Assembly: GCA_946529715.1 (NCBI GenBank)
Contig: CAMMZJ010000002.1
Coordinates: 2,936 to 66,935, forward strand
Length of the DNA: 64,000 nt
Origin: an uncultured Clostridia bacterium
GTDB taxonomy: Bacteria; Bacillota; Clostridia; Saccharofermentanales; Saccharofermentanaceae
Reading direction: 5' to 3'
In this document: in pieces, positions 46,290 to 56,427 of the stretch
Layout of the letters: the number at the start of each line of letters is the position of its first letter
Position numbering within the stretch: the stretch's first letter is position 1
Notes under the pieces: generated by a model
The model's input: the letters and a program-made list of their open reading frames with translations, nothing else
What the model was told of the DNA's origin: nothing
Database searches by the model: none
Program-made: the position numbers and the translations under genes

Positions 46290-47653
46290 TCCTTTTTAAG
46301 CTTCCTGTAAACGGTGAAATACATGGTGAAAAAGCTCGCCGAGCCTCCCACTATATTGGAGACGGGTTCTGCCCAGAATACGCCGCTCACAGGATCTTTC
46401 AGGAAGAGGGGCAGCAGGAGGGTCAGAGGGATCACCAGCAATACCTTTCTGAAAAGGGAGAAGCATATTGCCTGGGGTGCTTTGCCCAATGCCATAAAGG
46501 TGGACTGTCCTGAGAACTGCAGGGACATGAAGACATAGGCCATAAAGAATATGTGAAGATAACCGACGGCCGTGGCATTGGTCGTCGCGTCGGAACTGAA
46601 CATGGAGATGAAAAACCCCGGGAACAGCAGTATCAGAAGCCAGGCGACCGCCGTATAAGCGAATCCGAACAGGGCGCAGGACCTTATACCCGAAAGGACA
46701 CGGTCGTATTTCTTCGCTCCGTAGTTGTATCCCAGAACGGGCTGGGCTCCCGAGGTGATGCCCGTGACCGCCACGCTCATGATGGATCTTACCGAGGTGA
46801 CGATGGTCATTATGGTTATATAAAGGTTTCCGTAAAGATCGCCACCCAGGTGCCTTAAGGTCTTATTGCAGACGATAACTGTGGCGCTGTTGGTGATCTC
46901 CATTATGAAACCGGTGAATCCCATGGTTATTATCTTGAAGATAATGGTCCCGTCAGGCTTCATGTCTTCGGAGGAAAGAGAGATCGCGGCCCTGTTTCCC
47001 GTGAGGAAGTAAAGGACCAGGACGAAGGGGATGGTCTGGGAGATCAATGTGGCCACGGCGGCCCCCTTGATGCCCATGCCGAACTTAAAGATGAAAAGGG
47101 GATCCAGGAGCATATTGATGACGGCTCCGGATAATATTACCGCCATGGACCTTTTGGGGAATCCCTGGGCGGTTATGTAGAAGTTAAGACCCGTGGATAT
47201 CACCAGGAAAGCGGTACCCGCCAGGTAGATCCTCAGGTAGTCGGAGGCGTAGACATAGGAATCCTCATCGGCGCCGAGGGCGAACAGGAGGGGTCTCATG
47301 AAGACATATCCAAGTAGCGTTAAAAGGATGGAGCCGATGATTAAAAGGAAAGCGGAGTTTCCCATGATCCTTCCGGCTTTCTTATCGTTGCCCTGCCCCC
47401 TTGCTATGGAGAAGTAGGGGGCGCCGCCCTGACCGAACAGCAGGGTGAAGGCACTTATGATCGATACCACGGGAAGGGTGAGACCCAGACCCGTCAAGGG
47501 AACGATGCCTTCCCCCGGGAGATGACCGATATATACTCGATCCACGATGTTATAGAGTATCTGGGCAAAGGAAGACACCGACAGGGGAATCGCCTGCTTT
47601 AAGATCAGTCCCGCCACGGAACCCTTGGAGAAGTCGTTTGCTCTTTTATCCAT
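46271..47653 (-). CDS. MATE-family efflux transporter
   Basis: About 460 aa with 12 predicted TM. N-terminal MDKRANDFSKGSVAGLILKQAIPL is typical of MATE/NorM. Start set at the internal M (47653). Confidence 0.82.
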   Translation of the reverse strand: MDKRANDFSKGSVAGLILKQAIPLSVSSFAQILYNIVDRVYIGHLPGEGIVPLTGLGLTLPVVSIISAFTLLFGQGGAPYFSIARGQGNDKKAGRIMGNSAFLLIIGSILLTLLGYVFMRPLLFALGADEDSYVYASDYLRIYLAGTAFLVISTGLNFYITAQGFPKRSMAVILSGAVINMLLDPLFIFKFGMGIKGAAVATLISQTIPFVLVLYFLTGNRAAISLSSEDMKPDGTIIFKIITMGFTGFIMEITNSATVIVCNKTLRHLGGDLYGNLYITIMTIVTSVRSIMSVAVTGITSGAQPVLGYNYGAKKYDRVLSGIRSCALFGFAYTAVAWLLILLFPGFFISMFSSDATTNATAVGYLHIFFMAYVFMSLQFSGQSTFMALGKAPQAICFSLFRKVLLVIPLTLLLPLFLKDPVSGVFWAEPVSNIVGGSASFFTMYFTVYRKLKKDQKSLG

Positions 47654-47793
47654 ACGGGAATCAGCATAGTACAATCTCGTTACAAAAGCAAAATAATAAA
47701 TGATCGTTGATGTGACGTAAATTATTATCAAAAAATTTTAAATTTGGTAATAAACTTCGACATTTCCCTTTTTGTATGTGTTAGAATCCAATC

Positions 47794-49956
47794 ATGAGGG
47801 TGAAAGAAGATAGGAAATGGTTTGACACGGCGGCTGACTTGCTTCAGAGCGGTAAAAGGTTGCAGAGAGTTGCGCTTCTCTGCCTTATTTCGATTGTCAT
47901 CAATCTTCTCGGATCCTTTATCACGGCAAAGACGGGGGTACCCTTATATCTCGATTCCGTGGGAACCGTGTTTGCCGCAGCCGTCAGCGGTACCCTTCCG
48001 GGCATTGCGGTGGGAATAACCACCAACATCCTTAAAGTCTTCTTCGATAATGATCTCACATCCATATACTACGGAGCCATAAACGTAATGCTCGCCCTCT
48101 GTGCATCCCTTTGCGAGCACCGCGGTTGTTTCAAAAAAATAAGCGGCGCCTTCCTTATGGTGGGCCTGTTCGCCCTCATAGGCGGAGGCTTGGGCGGCAT
48201 CCTCACATGGTTCCTGTTCGGCTTCGCCACGGAGGGTATATCCGCCGATTTTGCCAGTGCGATAGCATTGAAGACCCACTGGGATCCCTTTATATCGGAG
48301 ATATCGGCGGATCTTCTCCTTGATATATTCGACAAGGGCGTGACCGTTGCCATAGTATTTGCCGTTATCTGGTTCCTGCCCAAGGCCTTTGTCGAGAAAT
48401 TCAGATACGACGGATGGCAGCAAAAGCCTATCACCGAGGATCTTCGTCAAGCCATGAGCAAGGGGGGCGTCCGTAAGATATCCCTCCGTCTCAAGATAAT
48501 GCTCTACATTACCGTGGCCTCGATACTCCTGTCCGTGGTGGCGGTCACCATAGGATTCATGCTCTTCAGGAGATCCACCATCGAGGACCATAAGGTGCTG
48601 GGTGAATCGGTGGCAACACTGTCGGCCAGCGTGGTCAACGGAGATATGGTGGACTACTATCTGGACTACGGGGAAAAGGCCGCCGGCTACCTGCATACAA
48701 AGGAGATGCTCTACGGTATCAGGGACAGTTCCCCGGATATCCTTTACATCTATGTCTATAAGATCGAAGCCGACGGATGTCACGTGGTGTTCGATCTCGA
48801 TACGGAAGATCTCGAGGGTGAGGCGCCGGGTTCCGTCATACCCTTCGATGAGAGCTTTTCCGATTATATTCCCGCACTCCTTGCGGGGGAGGAGATAGAA
48901 CCCCTCATAACGGACGATACCTTCGGGTGGCTCCTTACGGTCTATACACCCGTGAGGGACAGCCACGGGGATGTTACCGCCTATGCTGCGGTGGATATTT
49001 CCATGAACCAGCTGCGAACCGAGACATATTCCTTCCTGGCTAAGCAGATCTCCCTGTTCCTGGGATTCTTCATATTTATCCTTACTCTGGGTCTCTGGTT
49101 TGCCAAGTACAACATAGTCTATCCTGTTAATTCCATGGCACGTGCCGCCGGGACCTTTGCCTACGACAGCGAGGAGGGCCGTGAGGATTCCGTGGAGATG
49201 ATCAAGGAACTGGACATCCATACGGGTGACGAGATCGAGAATCTTTACGGGGCCTTCTGCAAGACCACCGAGGACAGTATGAACTACGTCGCCGATATCC
49301 AGAGCAAGAACGAGACCATAGAGAAGATGCAGAGCGGTCTTATCATCGTCCTCGCGGACATGGTGGAGAACAGGGATAAGTGCACGGGAGACCATATCAA
49401 GAAGACCTCCGCCTACGTTGATCTCATTGCCAAGAAGCTCAAGGAGGAGGGGATCTATGCCGATCAGATGACGGATGAATTCATTTCCTATATCAAGGAT
49501 TCCGCGCCGCTTCACGATATCGGCAAGATCACGGTATCCGATCTTATCCTCAACAGCGGCACAAAGCTCACCGACGAGCAGTACGAGATAATGAAGGGAC
49601 ATACCACGGCGGGACGTGATATTATCGATCAGGTCATCGCCACCGTCCCCGTATCCGGCTATCTCAACGAGGCCCGTAACATGGCCAACTCTCATCATGA
49701 AAGGTGGGACGGTAAGGGATACCCCGAGGGACTTTCCGGGGAGCAGATCCCCCTTTCCGCCAGGATCATGACGGTTGCGGATGTATTTGATGCCCTTGTT
49801 TCAAGAAGAAGTTACAAAGAACCCTTTTCTTTTGACAAGGCAATGACTATTATAAGGGAAGGGGCGGGATCGCAGTTCGATCCGAAGATCGCCGACGTCT
49901 TTATCAGGGCTGCCGAGGAGGTCAAAAAGATCGCAGATGATTTCAGCGATGACTGA
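47794..49956 (+). CDS. Membrane-bound HD-GYP c-di-GMP phosphodiesterase (polytopic N-terminus, extracytoplasmic sensor domain, HD-GYP)
   Basis: Multiple TM helices, a roughly 180 aa loop between TMs, then HDIGK...HHERWDGKGYPEGL. Confidence 0.82.
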   Translation: MRVKEDRKWFDTAADLLQSGKRLQRVALLCLISIVINLLGSFITAKTGVPLYLDSVGTVFAAAVSGTLPGIAVGITTNILKVFFDNDLTSIYYGAINVMLALCASLCEHRGCFKKISGAFLMVGLFALIGGGLGGILTWFLFGFATEGISADFASAIALKTHWDPFISEISADLLLDIFDKGVTVAIVFAVIWFLPKAFVEKFRYDGWQQKPITEDLRQAMSKGGVRKISLRLKIMLYITVASILLSVVAVTIGFMLFRRSTIEDHKVLGESVATLSASVVNGDMVDYYLDYGEKAAGYLHTKEMLYGIRDSSPDILYIYVYKIEADGCHVVFDLDTEDLEGEAPGSVIPFDESFSDYIPALLAGEEIEPLITDDTFGWLLTVYTPVRDSHGDVTAYAAVDISMNQLRTETYSFLAKQISLFLGFFIFILTLGLWFAKYNIVYPVNSMARAAGTFAYDSEEGREDSVEMIKELDIHTGDEIENLYGAFCKTTEDSMNYVADIQSKNETIEKMQSGLIIVLADMVENRDKCTGDHIKKTSAYVDLIAKKLKEEGIYADQMTDEFISYIKDSAPLHDIGKITVSDLILNSGTKLTDEQYEIMKGHTTAGRDIIDQVIATVPVSGYLNEARNMANSHHERWDGKGYPEGLSGEQIPLSARIMTVADVFDALVSRRSYKEPFSFDKAMTIIREGAGSQFDPKIADVFIRAAEEVKKIADDFSDD

Positions 49957-49975
49957 TACCCCTGGGGAACGTTAG

Positions 49976-52585
49976 ATGTTTACATGGAATTTTCAATACA
50001 TATCCAAGACTAAGCTCGAGGAAACGTTTGAACAATTGAAGGTCAGGGAGGAGGAGAAGGATATCCTCGTCCGCATACACACTTCCACCCATAATGCAGC
50101 GGAAGCCGTGGACCTTGCAGCCTTTATCAAGGAGATCCTTCCCCATGCCATCATATTCGGAACCAGCTGTTCCGCTGCCATATACTGGGGAAAGATCGTC
50201 AAGGATCAGTGCGTCATATCCCTGACCTCCGCGGATGAGGGGCGTATCCGCAAGAAGATGGTCGAGGCTGTCAAGGAGGACGGTACCCAGAGGACACCCC
50301 ATGATATCTTTTCCGATATCTCGGATATCATGACGGATGATACAAAGCTCCTTTTATCCTTCTCCACATCCCTTTATAAGTTTACCGGCGATCTGGTGGA
50401 AGAAAGTAACGACACCTTCCCGGGAGTGGTCATGACGGGCGGCATCGCCGACAGATCCCCCGTGGTGAGAAGAGATGGCGCAAAGTGCGGATTTGTCTTT
50501 GACGAGAACGGATGGTCCGACAAGGCGATCCTTTTCGCTTCGTTCTCAGGAGGCGTCCTGGAATGCAAGAGTTCCTTTGTTTCCGGTGCAGAGCCCGGCG
50601 GCAGGGATCTTGAGATCACCAAGTCCTACGGCTCCGTCATATTGGAGATAAACGGGAGGAACGCCGCCGAGGTCATGCTGGAGGAAGCGGGGGAAGAGAT
50701 CCGTGACAATAAGGATCTCAGTGAACTGCTCCCCTTCGTTGATAAGGAAAACGAAGCTGTCCCCGTGGTCATAGAGTACAGATCCGGCATAAGCATCTCT
50801 GATGTTTACGATGATACCTCCGCCTTGATGCGGGAACGGTTTGACGCCGGAAGAAATATCGATATCGAAGAGAAGACCGATCTTGTGGTCGCCAACCATA
50901 CCATAAAGGAGGGAACGGTCCTTCGAAGATCCTTCATATACGACCGTAAGATAATATCCGATAACAGGACCCTTTACCGTATGGCCGAGAACTTCCCGAA
51001 GGACGAGACCCTTTTTGCCTATTCCTGTTCCTCGAGAAACAGGATCTATCCGGGCAGCGTTAAGTGGGAGCTTTCCGCTTACGAGAATACCAATATGTGC
51101 GGCTGTATAACCGACGGGGAGATATCGAGCGTGGGGGGAAGGAATGTCTTCCTTAACTGCTCTTTTACCATGACCGTTCTCGGCGAACGGGAATACCCCC
51201 AGGGTTATAACCCCTACGCCTTCTCCCAGACGGAGCTCATGTCAGGGGAGAATGTCTTCATCACGGATTATGTCGTCAGGAACGAGCAGAGGTTCGACGA
51301 TTCGGGAGAGGAGATGCCCTCCGGTCTTAAGGAATTCATCTCCGATTGCAGCAAGAAGGTATTTGCCATAGAGAATGACGATCTGCCCAACGCCTCGGCC
51401 ATGAACATGGATATCGATACGAAGGGCTATGACCGTATGTGCATAATCAATATCCTGGAGTTTACGGAGATGCAGGTAGTCTTCTCCAGGCACATGATCG
51501 ACATGACATTCCAGAACTACATCAGTAAGTGCCGTGCCTTTGCCGCCAAGAAGAAGTACAGGATCTATTCCATTAATAAGTGGAAGATCGCCATCGGACA
51601 GCCCTCCTTTAAGGTCTCCCTTAAGACCTTCACCGACGATATGCATGAACTGCAGAGTCAATTGTTCGAACATTCGGAGGACCATATCTCCATAGTCCCC
51701 ATATTCTGCATAATCAACGGATGTACGGTTTCCAACCTTAACATGCTCTACTATACGGCCAAGGCGGAGATGGAAAAGAAGAACGAACAGTTCCATGTGA
51801 CCGACGCCTACCGTGTCGCTAAGTCGGACGAAGAGGGAATAAGACAGAGATACCGCATGGTCAATGTCATCAACTATGCCATTGCCAATAACAAAGTCAT
51901 TCCCTATTACCAGGGCATCCATGACAATAAGGAAAACAGGATCCACCATTATGAGTCCCTCATGAGACTCCGGGATGAGAATGGGAATATCTATTATCCC
52001 TCCAGCTTCCTTGATGTGGCCAGGACCTACGGAGCCCTTTACGATCTTATGCAAAGGCAGATGATCATAAACGTATTCGACAGGTTCCGGGATGAGACAG
52101 ACATCAGCGTCAGTATCAATATCGGCATGAGGGATATCAAGAACAGGGAGACCTATGAGATCATTTTCGATAATCTCATGAAGGCAAATAATCCCTGGTG
52201 TTATGTTTTCGAGATATTGGAAAACGAGGATATCGACGACTACGATGACATGGTGGCATTCGTCGACCGTATCCACGAATTCGGAGGTAAGATCTCCATA
52301 GACGACTTCGGTTCGGGATTCTCCAATCTGAAGCACATAGCCAGCATCCATTCCGATTTCCTCAAGATCGACGGCTCCATAGTAAAGGAATGCTGTGACG
52401 ACGAGGAATCGGAGAAACTTATCGCTCTCATTTCCTATTGGAAGAAGATGAGCATAAGGAAGGTGAGCATCGTGGCCGAATTCGTGGAGAACGAGAAGAT
52501 ACAGGACATGATGATGAAATACGGAATAGACTACTCTCAGGGATATCTTTTCTCGAAGCCTTCGGAAGAGCTCATGAGAGGATAA
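49976..52585 (+). CDS. Cytoplasmic sensor, degenerate GGDEF and EAL protein (c-di-GMP phosphodiesterase)
   Basis: The EAL domain keeps its key residues (FEILENE, DDFGSGFSNL, KIDGS, AEFVENE, QGYLFSKP). The central domain aligns with GGDEF, but the signature reads INKWK. The N-terminal roughly 430 aa is an unassigned sensor region, possibly FIST-like; I cannot verify that by eye. Confidence 0.78.
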   Translation: MFTWNFQYISKTKLEETFEQLKVREEEKDILVRIHTSTHNAAEAVDLAAFIKEILPHAIIFGTSCSAAIYWGKIVKDQCVISLTSADEGRIRKKMVEAVKEDGTQRTPHDIFSDISDIMTDDTKLLLSFSTSLYKFTGDLVEESNDTFPGVVMTGGIADRSPVVRRDGAKCGFVFDENGWSDKAILFASFSGGVLECKSSFVSGAEPGGRDLEITKSYGSVILEINGRNAAEVMLEEAGEEIRDNKDLSELLPFVDKENEAVPVVIEYRSGISISDVYDDTSALMRERFDAGRNIDIEEKTDLVVANHTIKEGTVLRRSFIYDRKIISDNRTLYRMAENFPKDETLFAYSCSSRNRIYPGSVKWELSAYENTNMCGCITDGEISSVGGRNVFLNCSFTMTVLGEREYPQGYNPYAFSQTELMSGENVFITDYVVRNEQRFDDSGEEMPSGLKEFISDCSKKVFAIENDDLPNASAMNMDIDTKGYDRMCIINILEFTEMQVVFSRHMIDMTFQNYISKCRAFAAKKKYRIYSINKWKIAIGQPSFKVSLKTFTDDMHELQSQLFEHSEDHISIVPIFCIINGCTVSNLNMLYYTAKAEMEKKNEQFHVTDAYRVAKSDEEGIRQRYRMVNVINYAIANNKVIPYYQGIHDNKENRIHHYESLMRLRDENGNIYYPSSFLDVARTYGALYDLMQRQMIINVFDRFRDETDISVSINIGMRDIKNRETYEIIFDNLMKANNPWCYVFEILENEDIDDYDDMVAFVDRIHEFGGKISIDDFGSGFSNLKHIASIHSDFLKIDGSIVKECCDDEESEKLIALISYWKKMSIRKVSIVAEFVENEKIQDMMMKYGIDYSQGYLFSKPSEELMRG

Positions 52586-52597
52586 AAGAGGGGCCCT

Positions 52598-54337
52598 ATG
52601 ATAACGGGAAAAGAAAAAAAGACGATCGCATTGGTCATGGAGAATATCTTCACGGATTTTGCCCATGAGTTCATCACAAACGTTTTGAGCGGGGTCTCCG
52701 CCAGGGATGATATCGATCTGGTGGTCATTGCAGGCAAGTACGACGGAGGTTCGGACCTGAGCGATAATTCCCACAGATACAGAAGGATCTATAATTCCAT
52801 CTATAACCTGGAATCCTGCTGCGATATCGACGGTGTGATCATTTGCCTGGGCAGTATGGCCTATATAGACAAGGAGCAGATCATCGCGCGATTCTTCAAG
52901 GGAATGGAAAACGTTCCCAAGGTCTTCGCCATTGCGGATATCGAGAACTGTGTCTGCGTTAATTACGATAACGCGGGGGGCATCAGGGAGGCCGTCGAAT
53001 ACCTGGTCAATGCCCTGGGTGTAAAGAAGATCTGCATGCTCGGGGGGAGGGAAGATAACCCCGATTCCGTCAAGCGCAAGGAGATCTTTGCCGATTGTCT
53101 TAATGACAATGGATTAAGCTTCGATGAAAGCCTTTACGAAGCCACCGATATGTCCATGAATTCCATCGGTGAAGCAAGGGCACTCCTTAAGCGTAATCCC
53201 GACGTCAAGGCGGTCTTCTGCGTCAATGATGCCACGGCGGTGTCCCTGTACAATGCCATGGAAGAGGAGGGCCTTGTGCCCGGCAAGGATATATACGTAT
53301 TCGGATTCGATAATACCAAGATGGCGGGCCGCATGAATCCGACCCTTGCCTCCGTGGGTGCCGCCGACGTTACCATGGGACAGAAGGCTGCGGAGCTCCT
53401 TATTAACATGATGGACGGATACGAAGTCTCTTCGGAGCTTATTCCCACCAAGCTCTACGGCAGAGAATCCCTTGACTATGAGATGTACGAATACACCACC
53501 AAGGAGATGCAGGAGGTGGATGCTGACTTCATCTACAGGATGTTCGACGACTGTTTCTACCGTTACAGATACGAGATGCCCGGAAGCGACGAGGTGGATA
53601 TCAGAAGGCTCTTCTTCGAGTTCATGGGCCGGATATTGAGCTGTATGAGAAACAGATACATGAGCCAGGAGGAATTCGAAGAGATAAAGGAACTTGTGGA
53701 TATATTCTTCGTCAACGGCGCAATGAACTACACGGACGCCAAGAAGTTCCTTAAGAGCGTAGACAGGATACAGGGAAGCATCAACGTGAGCTGCGGCCCC
53801 AACATATTCGTAAACAGGCTCTTTACCCATATGAAGGACTGTGCCATACTTTCCATTTCCCGGTCTCTTATAAAGGAGAGCGACAAGAATCTCAGGGAAC
53901 GCAACATGTTCCGTTACTTCATGGTGGAGAGCACCAACTACGATAATAAGAGCGACTCATTCTTCAATAACCTTATCCAGAACTTCGATAAGCTGGGATT
54001 GGGGAATTCTGCTCTTTATACCTTCGAGAAGCCAGTCATGTTCGATCCGGATAAGAGCGATCTTTTCCCGGAGACCATATACCTTCGATGCATTAATAAG
54101 AACGGGAATCTGGCCATACTTCCCAGGGAGCGCCAGTGCGGAAGCACCAGGAAGATGTTCAACAGGAATATGCTTCCCGGGGTCTTCTCAAGGAGCGTCG
54201 TTTTCCCGGTATTCTACAGGGAGAGCATCTACGGCTTTATCCTCTGCGAACTCACCTTTGAGAATATAGACAGCGGAGAATATGTTGCAGATCAGCTGGG
54301 TCGCGCGATCTTCCTGGGCGGCGCCGATAACGAGTGA
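52598..54337 (+). CDS. LacI-type periplasmic-binding-fold sensor core without HTH, fused to a roughly 280 aa uncharacterised C-terminal region
   Basis: Starts directly at the LacI core (KTIALVMENIFTDFAHEF...). AVFCVNDATAVSLYNAMEEEGLVPGKDIYVFGFDN is typical of the LacI/RbsB fold. No N-terminal DNA-binding helix-turn-helix. The C-terminal half has no recognisable motif. Confidence 0.65.
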   Translation: MITGKEKKTIALVMENIFTDFAHEFITNVLSGVSARDDIDLVVIAGKYDGGSDLSDNSHRYRRIYNSIYNLESCCDIDGVIICLGSMAYIDKEQIIARFFKGMENVPKVFAIADIENCVCVNYDNAGGIREAVEYLVNALGVKKICMLGGREDNPDSVKRKEIFADCLNDNGLSFDESLYEATDMSMNSIGEARALLKRNPDVKAVFCVNDATAVSLYNAMEEEGLVPGKDIYVFGFDNTKMAGRMNPTLASVGAADVTMGQKAAELLINMMDGYEVSSELIPTKLYGRESLDYEMYEYTTKEMQEVDADFIYRMFDDCFYRYRYEMPGSDEVDIRRLFFEFMGRILSCMRNRYMSQEEFEEIKELVDIFFVNGAMNYTDAKKFLKSVDRIQGSINVSCGPNIFVNRLFTHMKDCAILSISRSLIKESDKNLRERNMFRYFMVESTNYDNKSDSFFNNLIQNFDKLGLGNSALYTFEKPVMFDPDKSDLFPETIYLRCINKNGNLAILPRERQCGSTRKMFNRNMLPGVFSRSVVFPVFYRESIYGFILCELTFENIDSGEYVADQLGRAIFLGGADNE

Positions 54338-56388
54338 TCCGCGACCAGAAGAAGGGCTAAGATAATAATATACGCCACGATAAATACGTATATTAAATAG
54401 GTCGGAAGATAGCGTTGCGTCGCGGTGAAGCTCAGATCCATGTTAAGTACCCCTTTGATATCGTCCCTTCCGTCGTAGGAGAGTTTACCGGAATAGGGGT
54501 AGAAATGATAAGCATCCTCGGTGAAGAAGGTGAGATCCGCGCTTTCATCAGAGGCTTTCCTTATCTTAAGTATGCATCCTTGGTAGCCGGAGCAGTCGAC
54601 GTCTTTTACCAGGACACCATCCACGATGTCATCGGCTTTTACTTCATAGGAGGCGGGGGGAGCGGTCAAAGCCGAACTGAATTCCATGATATATGAGATA
54701 TCGGAACCCTCCTCATATTCCACGGGTATCTCGATCCTGTTGAAACGCTCGTTACACATAAAAGACTGGACCAATTCTCCTTCGCCGGACCAATCGATCT
54801 CGCGGTCGCGCCGGTAGTTGGAGGTGGAATCGATGATACTGCGTTCGAATACCCCGACGGAGGCGAATAGAGAGACTGCCGTTATAAGAAATGCCAGGGA
54901 GGACAGACAGTAGACGATCCTTATCCCCTTGAAGGACTTAACCTTCGAGGATTCGTAAAGGCCCTCGGAGGAAAGGATTATCAGTACCATGAGGAACGCG
55001 GCGGAATAAATGTCCTTGGCTTCCCACAGCATATAAAACACCGTGCCTCCGAAGAGCACCGTTACCATCATGGCTCTGTAAAGGGAAGTCTTTCCTGCCT
55101 TTATCTCGCGGAGGCAAAGGATCAGTGAAAACGCCAGTGAAACTATTCTTGAAGCTCTGCAATACGAGGCGAAAAGATCCTTTCTGTTCCCGGCTATAAA
55201 ATCGTGGATAAAGGGTAACTTGTATCCGTATTCGAACCTGGAATCCAGGGAGGAGTATCCGTCGGACCAGGTGTTTACCGTCTTTACGGCAAAAAGCCTC
55301 AAGTTACCCGTAAGACCGTTGCTGCGGAAGTTCTCGAATATCCTTGTAAGGAGAAGGCGGTTCCTGTCCGGATCTCTCACGATCTCCAGCATGTAGGAGA
55401 AGTCCCCGTCGTTTGTGCTGAGATCCCCGTTGCCGTGGGATCCCATCATGAGCCAGTAAAGGACGGGAAAGTTCATGTCGGAAAGCTCTCCGAAGTACAA
55501 AGTCTTGTAATGTGAGATGATCAGCTCTCCCGCCGCCAGAGCCGATGCAAAGACGATGGCAGAGATGATGCTCCTCTTGAGGTTTTCCTTCGTCAGACCC
55601 TTAAAGATCAGAAGGACCCCCGCTGCGATGAGGAAGAAGAGGGCGGTGGGCCTTATCTCGTAGCATAAGGCGGCGGTAAGGCCCAGCAAAAGGGCGCAGA
55701 TCAATGATACCGCGGTCTTCTTTGTCTTATGTATCATAATGAGCATATATAAGGAGAACATCATGAATAAAAGCGAGAAGCTGAGGGTATAGACCCAGCA
55801 TCCGATGCAGTAGAACAGGGGATTTATCGCGATCAGGAAGAGGACGAGATTGGCCCTTTTAATATCCCGGAGAGACAGGACGCAAAGATATGTGATGACC
55901 GCCGTTCCGTATACGGCAAGGAAGTTCAGGCTTCTTGCAACATGGAAAGCATTGCTTTGGGAGAATATCCTGAAGATATAGGAAAAGAACAGAATAAAGA
56001 AATAGTTGTTCCCGAATACGGAAAGCTCCCCCGCGTGGCTCATGTCATTTCCCACGGGACCGTATAAGCTTATGTAGTATGCGGTATCAAGATCATCGTA
56101 ACTGTCGGTGTTCGGCCGCGGAGAATAGAAGACGAACAGGAACAGGAACACAGAAGCCATGAAGGCAAAGAGGAGGCCTGAAATAAGCTTCTGTTTGTTA
56201 TATGACAAAATGCAACGGGAGGATATGATAAGCCCTGAGAACACTACGATCGATAAAAAGATGATCATCAGGGAAGAGAATTTGATGAAAGCCCCGATGA
56301 GCATCAACGAGATGCCCAGGGAGGTAAGGAGGAGGATTATCCTCATAAAATAATTGTAAGATCTGTCCCTCATGTATTTATTATGCAT
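54292..56388 (-). CDS. Polytopic GT-C-fold (ArnT/PMT-like) membrane glycosyltransferase candidate with an extracytoplasmic C-terminal domain
   Basis: 698 aa with roughly 13 TM helices and loops, then a roughly 200 aa soluble domain and a final TM. Overall architecture resembles GT39/GT83 enzymes. The start is uncertain (M at 56388, 56373 or 56346). Confidence 0.55.
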   Translation of the reverse strand: MHNKYMRDRSYNYFMRIILLLTSLGISLMLIGAFIKFSSLMIIFLSIVVFSGLIISSRCILSYNKQKLISGLLFAFMASVFLFLFVFYSPRPNTDSYDDLDTAYYISLYGPVGNDMSHAGELSVFGNNYFFILFFSYIFRIFSQSNAFHVARSLNFLAVYGTAVITYLCVLSLRDIKRANLVLFLIAINPLFYCIGCWVYTLSFSLLFMMFSLYMLIMIHKTKKTAVSLICALLLGLTAALCYEIRPTALFFLIAAGVLLIFKGLTKENLKRSIISAIVFASALAAGELIISHYKTLYFGELSDMNFPVLYWLMMGSHGNGDLSTNDGDFSYMLEIVRDPDRNRLLLTRIFENFRSNGLTGNLRLFAVKTVNTWSDGYSSLDSRFEYGYKLPFIHDFIAGNRKDLFASYCRASRIVSLAFSLILCLREIKAGKTSLYRAMMVTVLFGGTVFYMLWEAKDIYSAAFLMVLIILSSEGLYESSKVKSFKGIRIVYCLSSLAFLITAVSLFASVGVFERSIIDSTSNYRRDREIDWSGEGELVQSFMCNERFNRIEIPVEYEEGSDISYIMEFSSALTAPPASYEVKADDIVDGVLVKDVDCSGYQGCILKIRKASDESADLTFFTEDAYHFYPYSGKLSYDGRDDIKGVLNMDLSFTATQRYLPTYLIYVFIVAYIIILALLLVADHSLSAPPRKIARPS

Positions 56389-56396
56389 TTTTTTAT

Positions 56397-56427
56397 CAAA
56401 AAGAAAAGACCCGCAAAATGCGAGTCT
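56397..56427 (-). terminator. Rho-independent terminator of the tRNA-Pro pair
   Basis: Minus strand reads AGACTCGC, ATTTT loop, GCGGGTCT, then TTTTCTTTTT. Confidence 0.75.
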
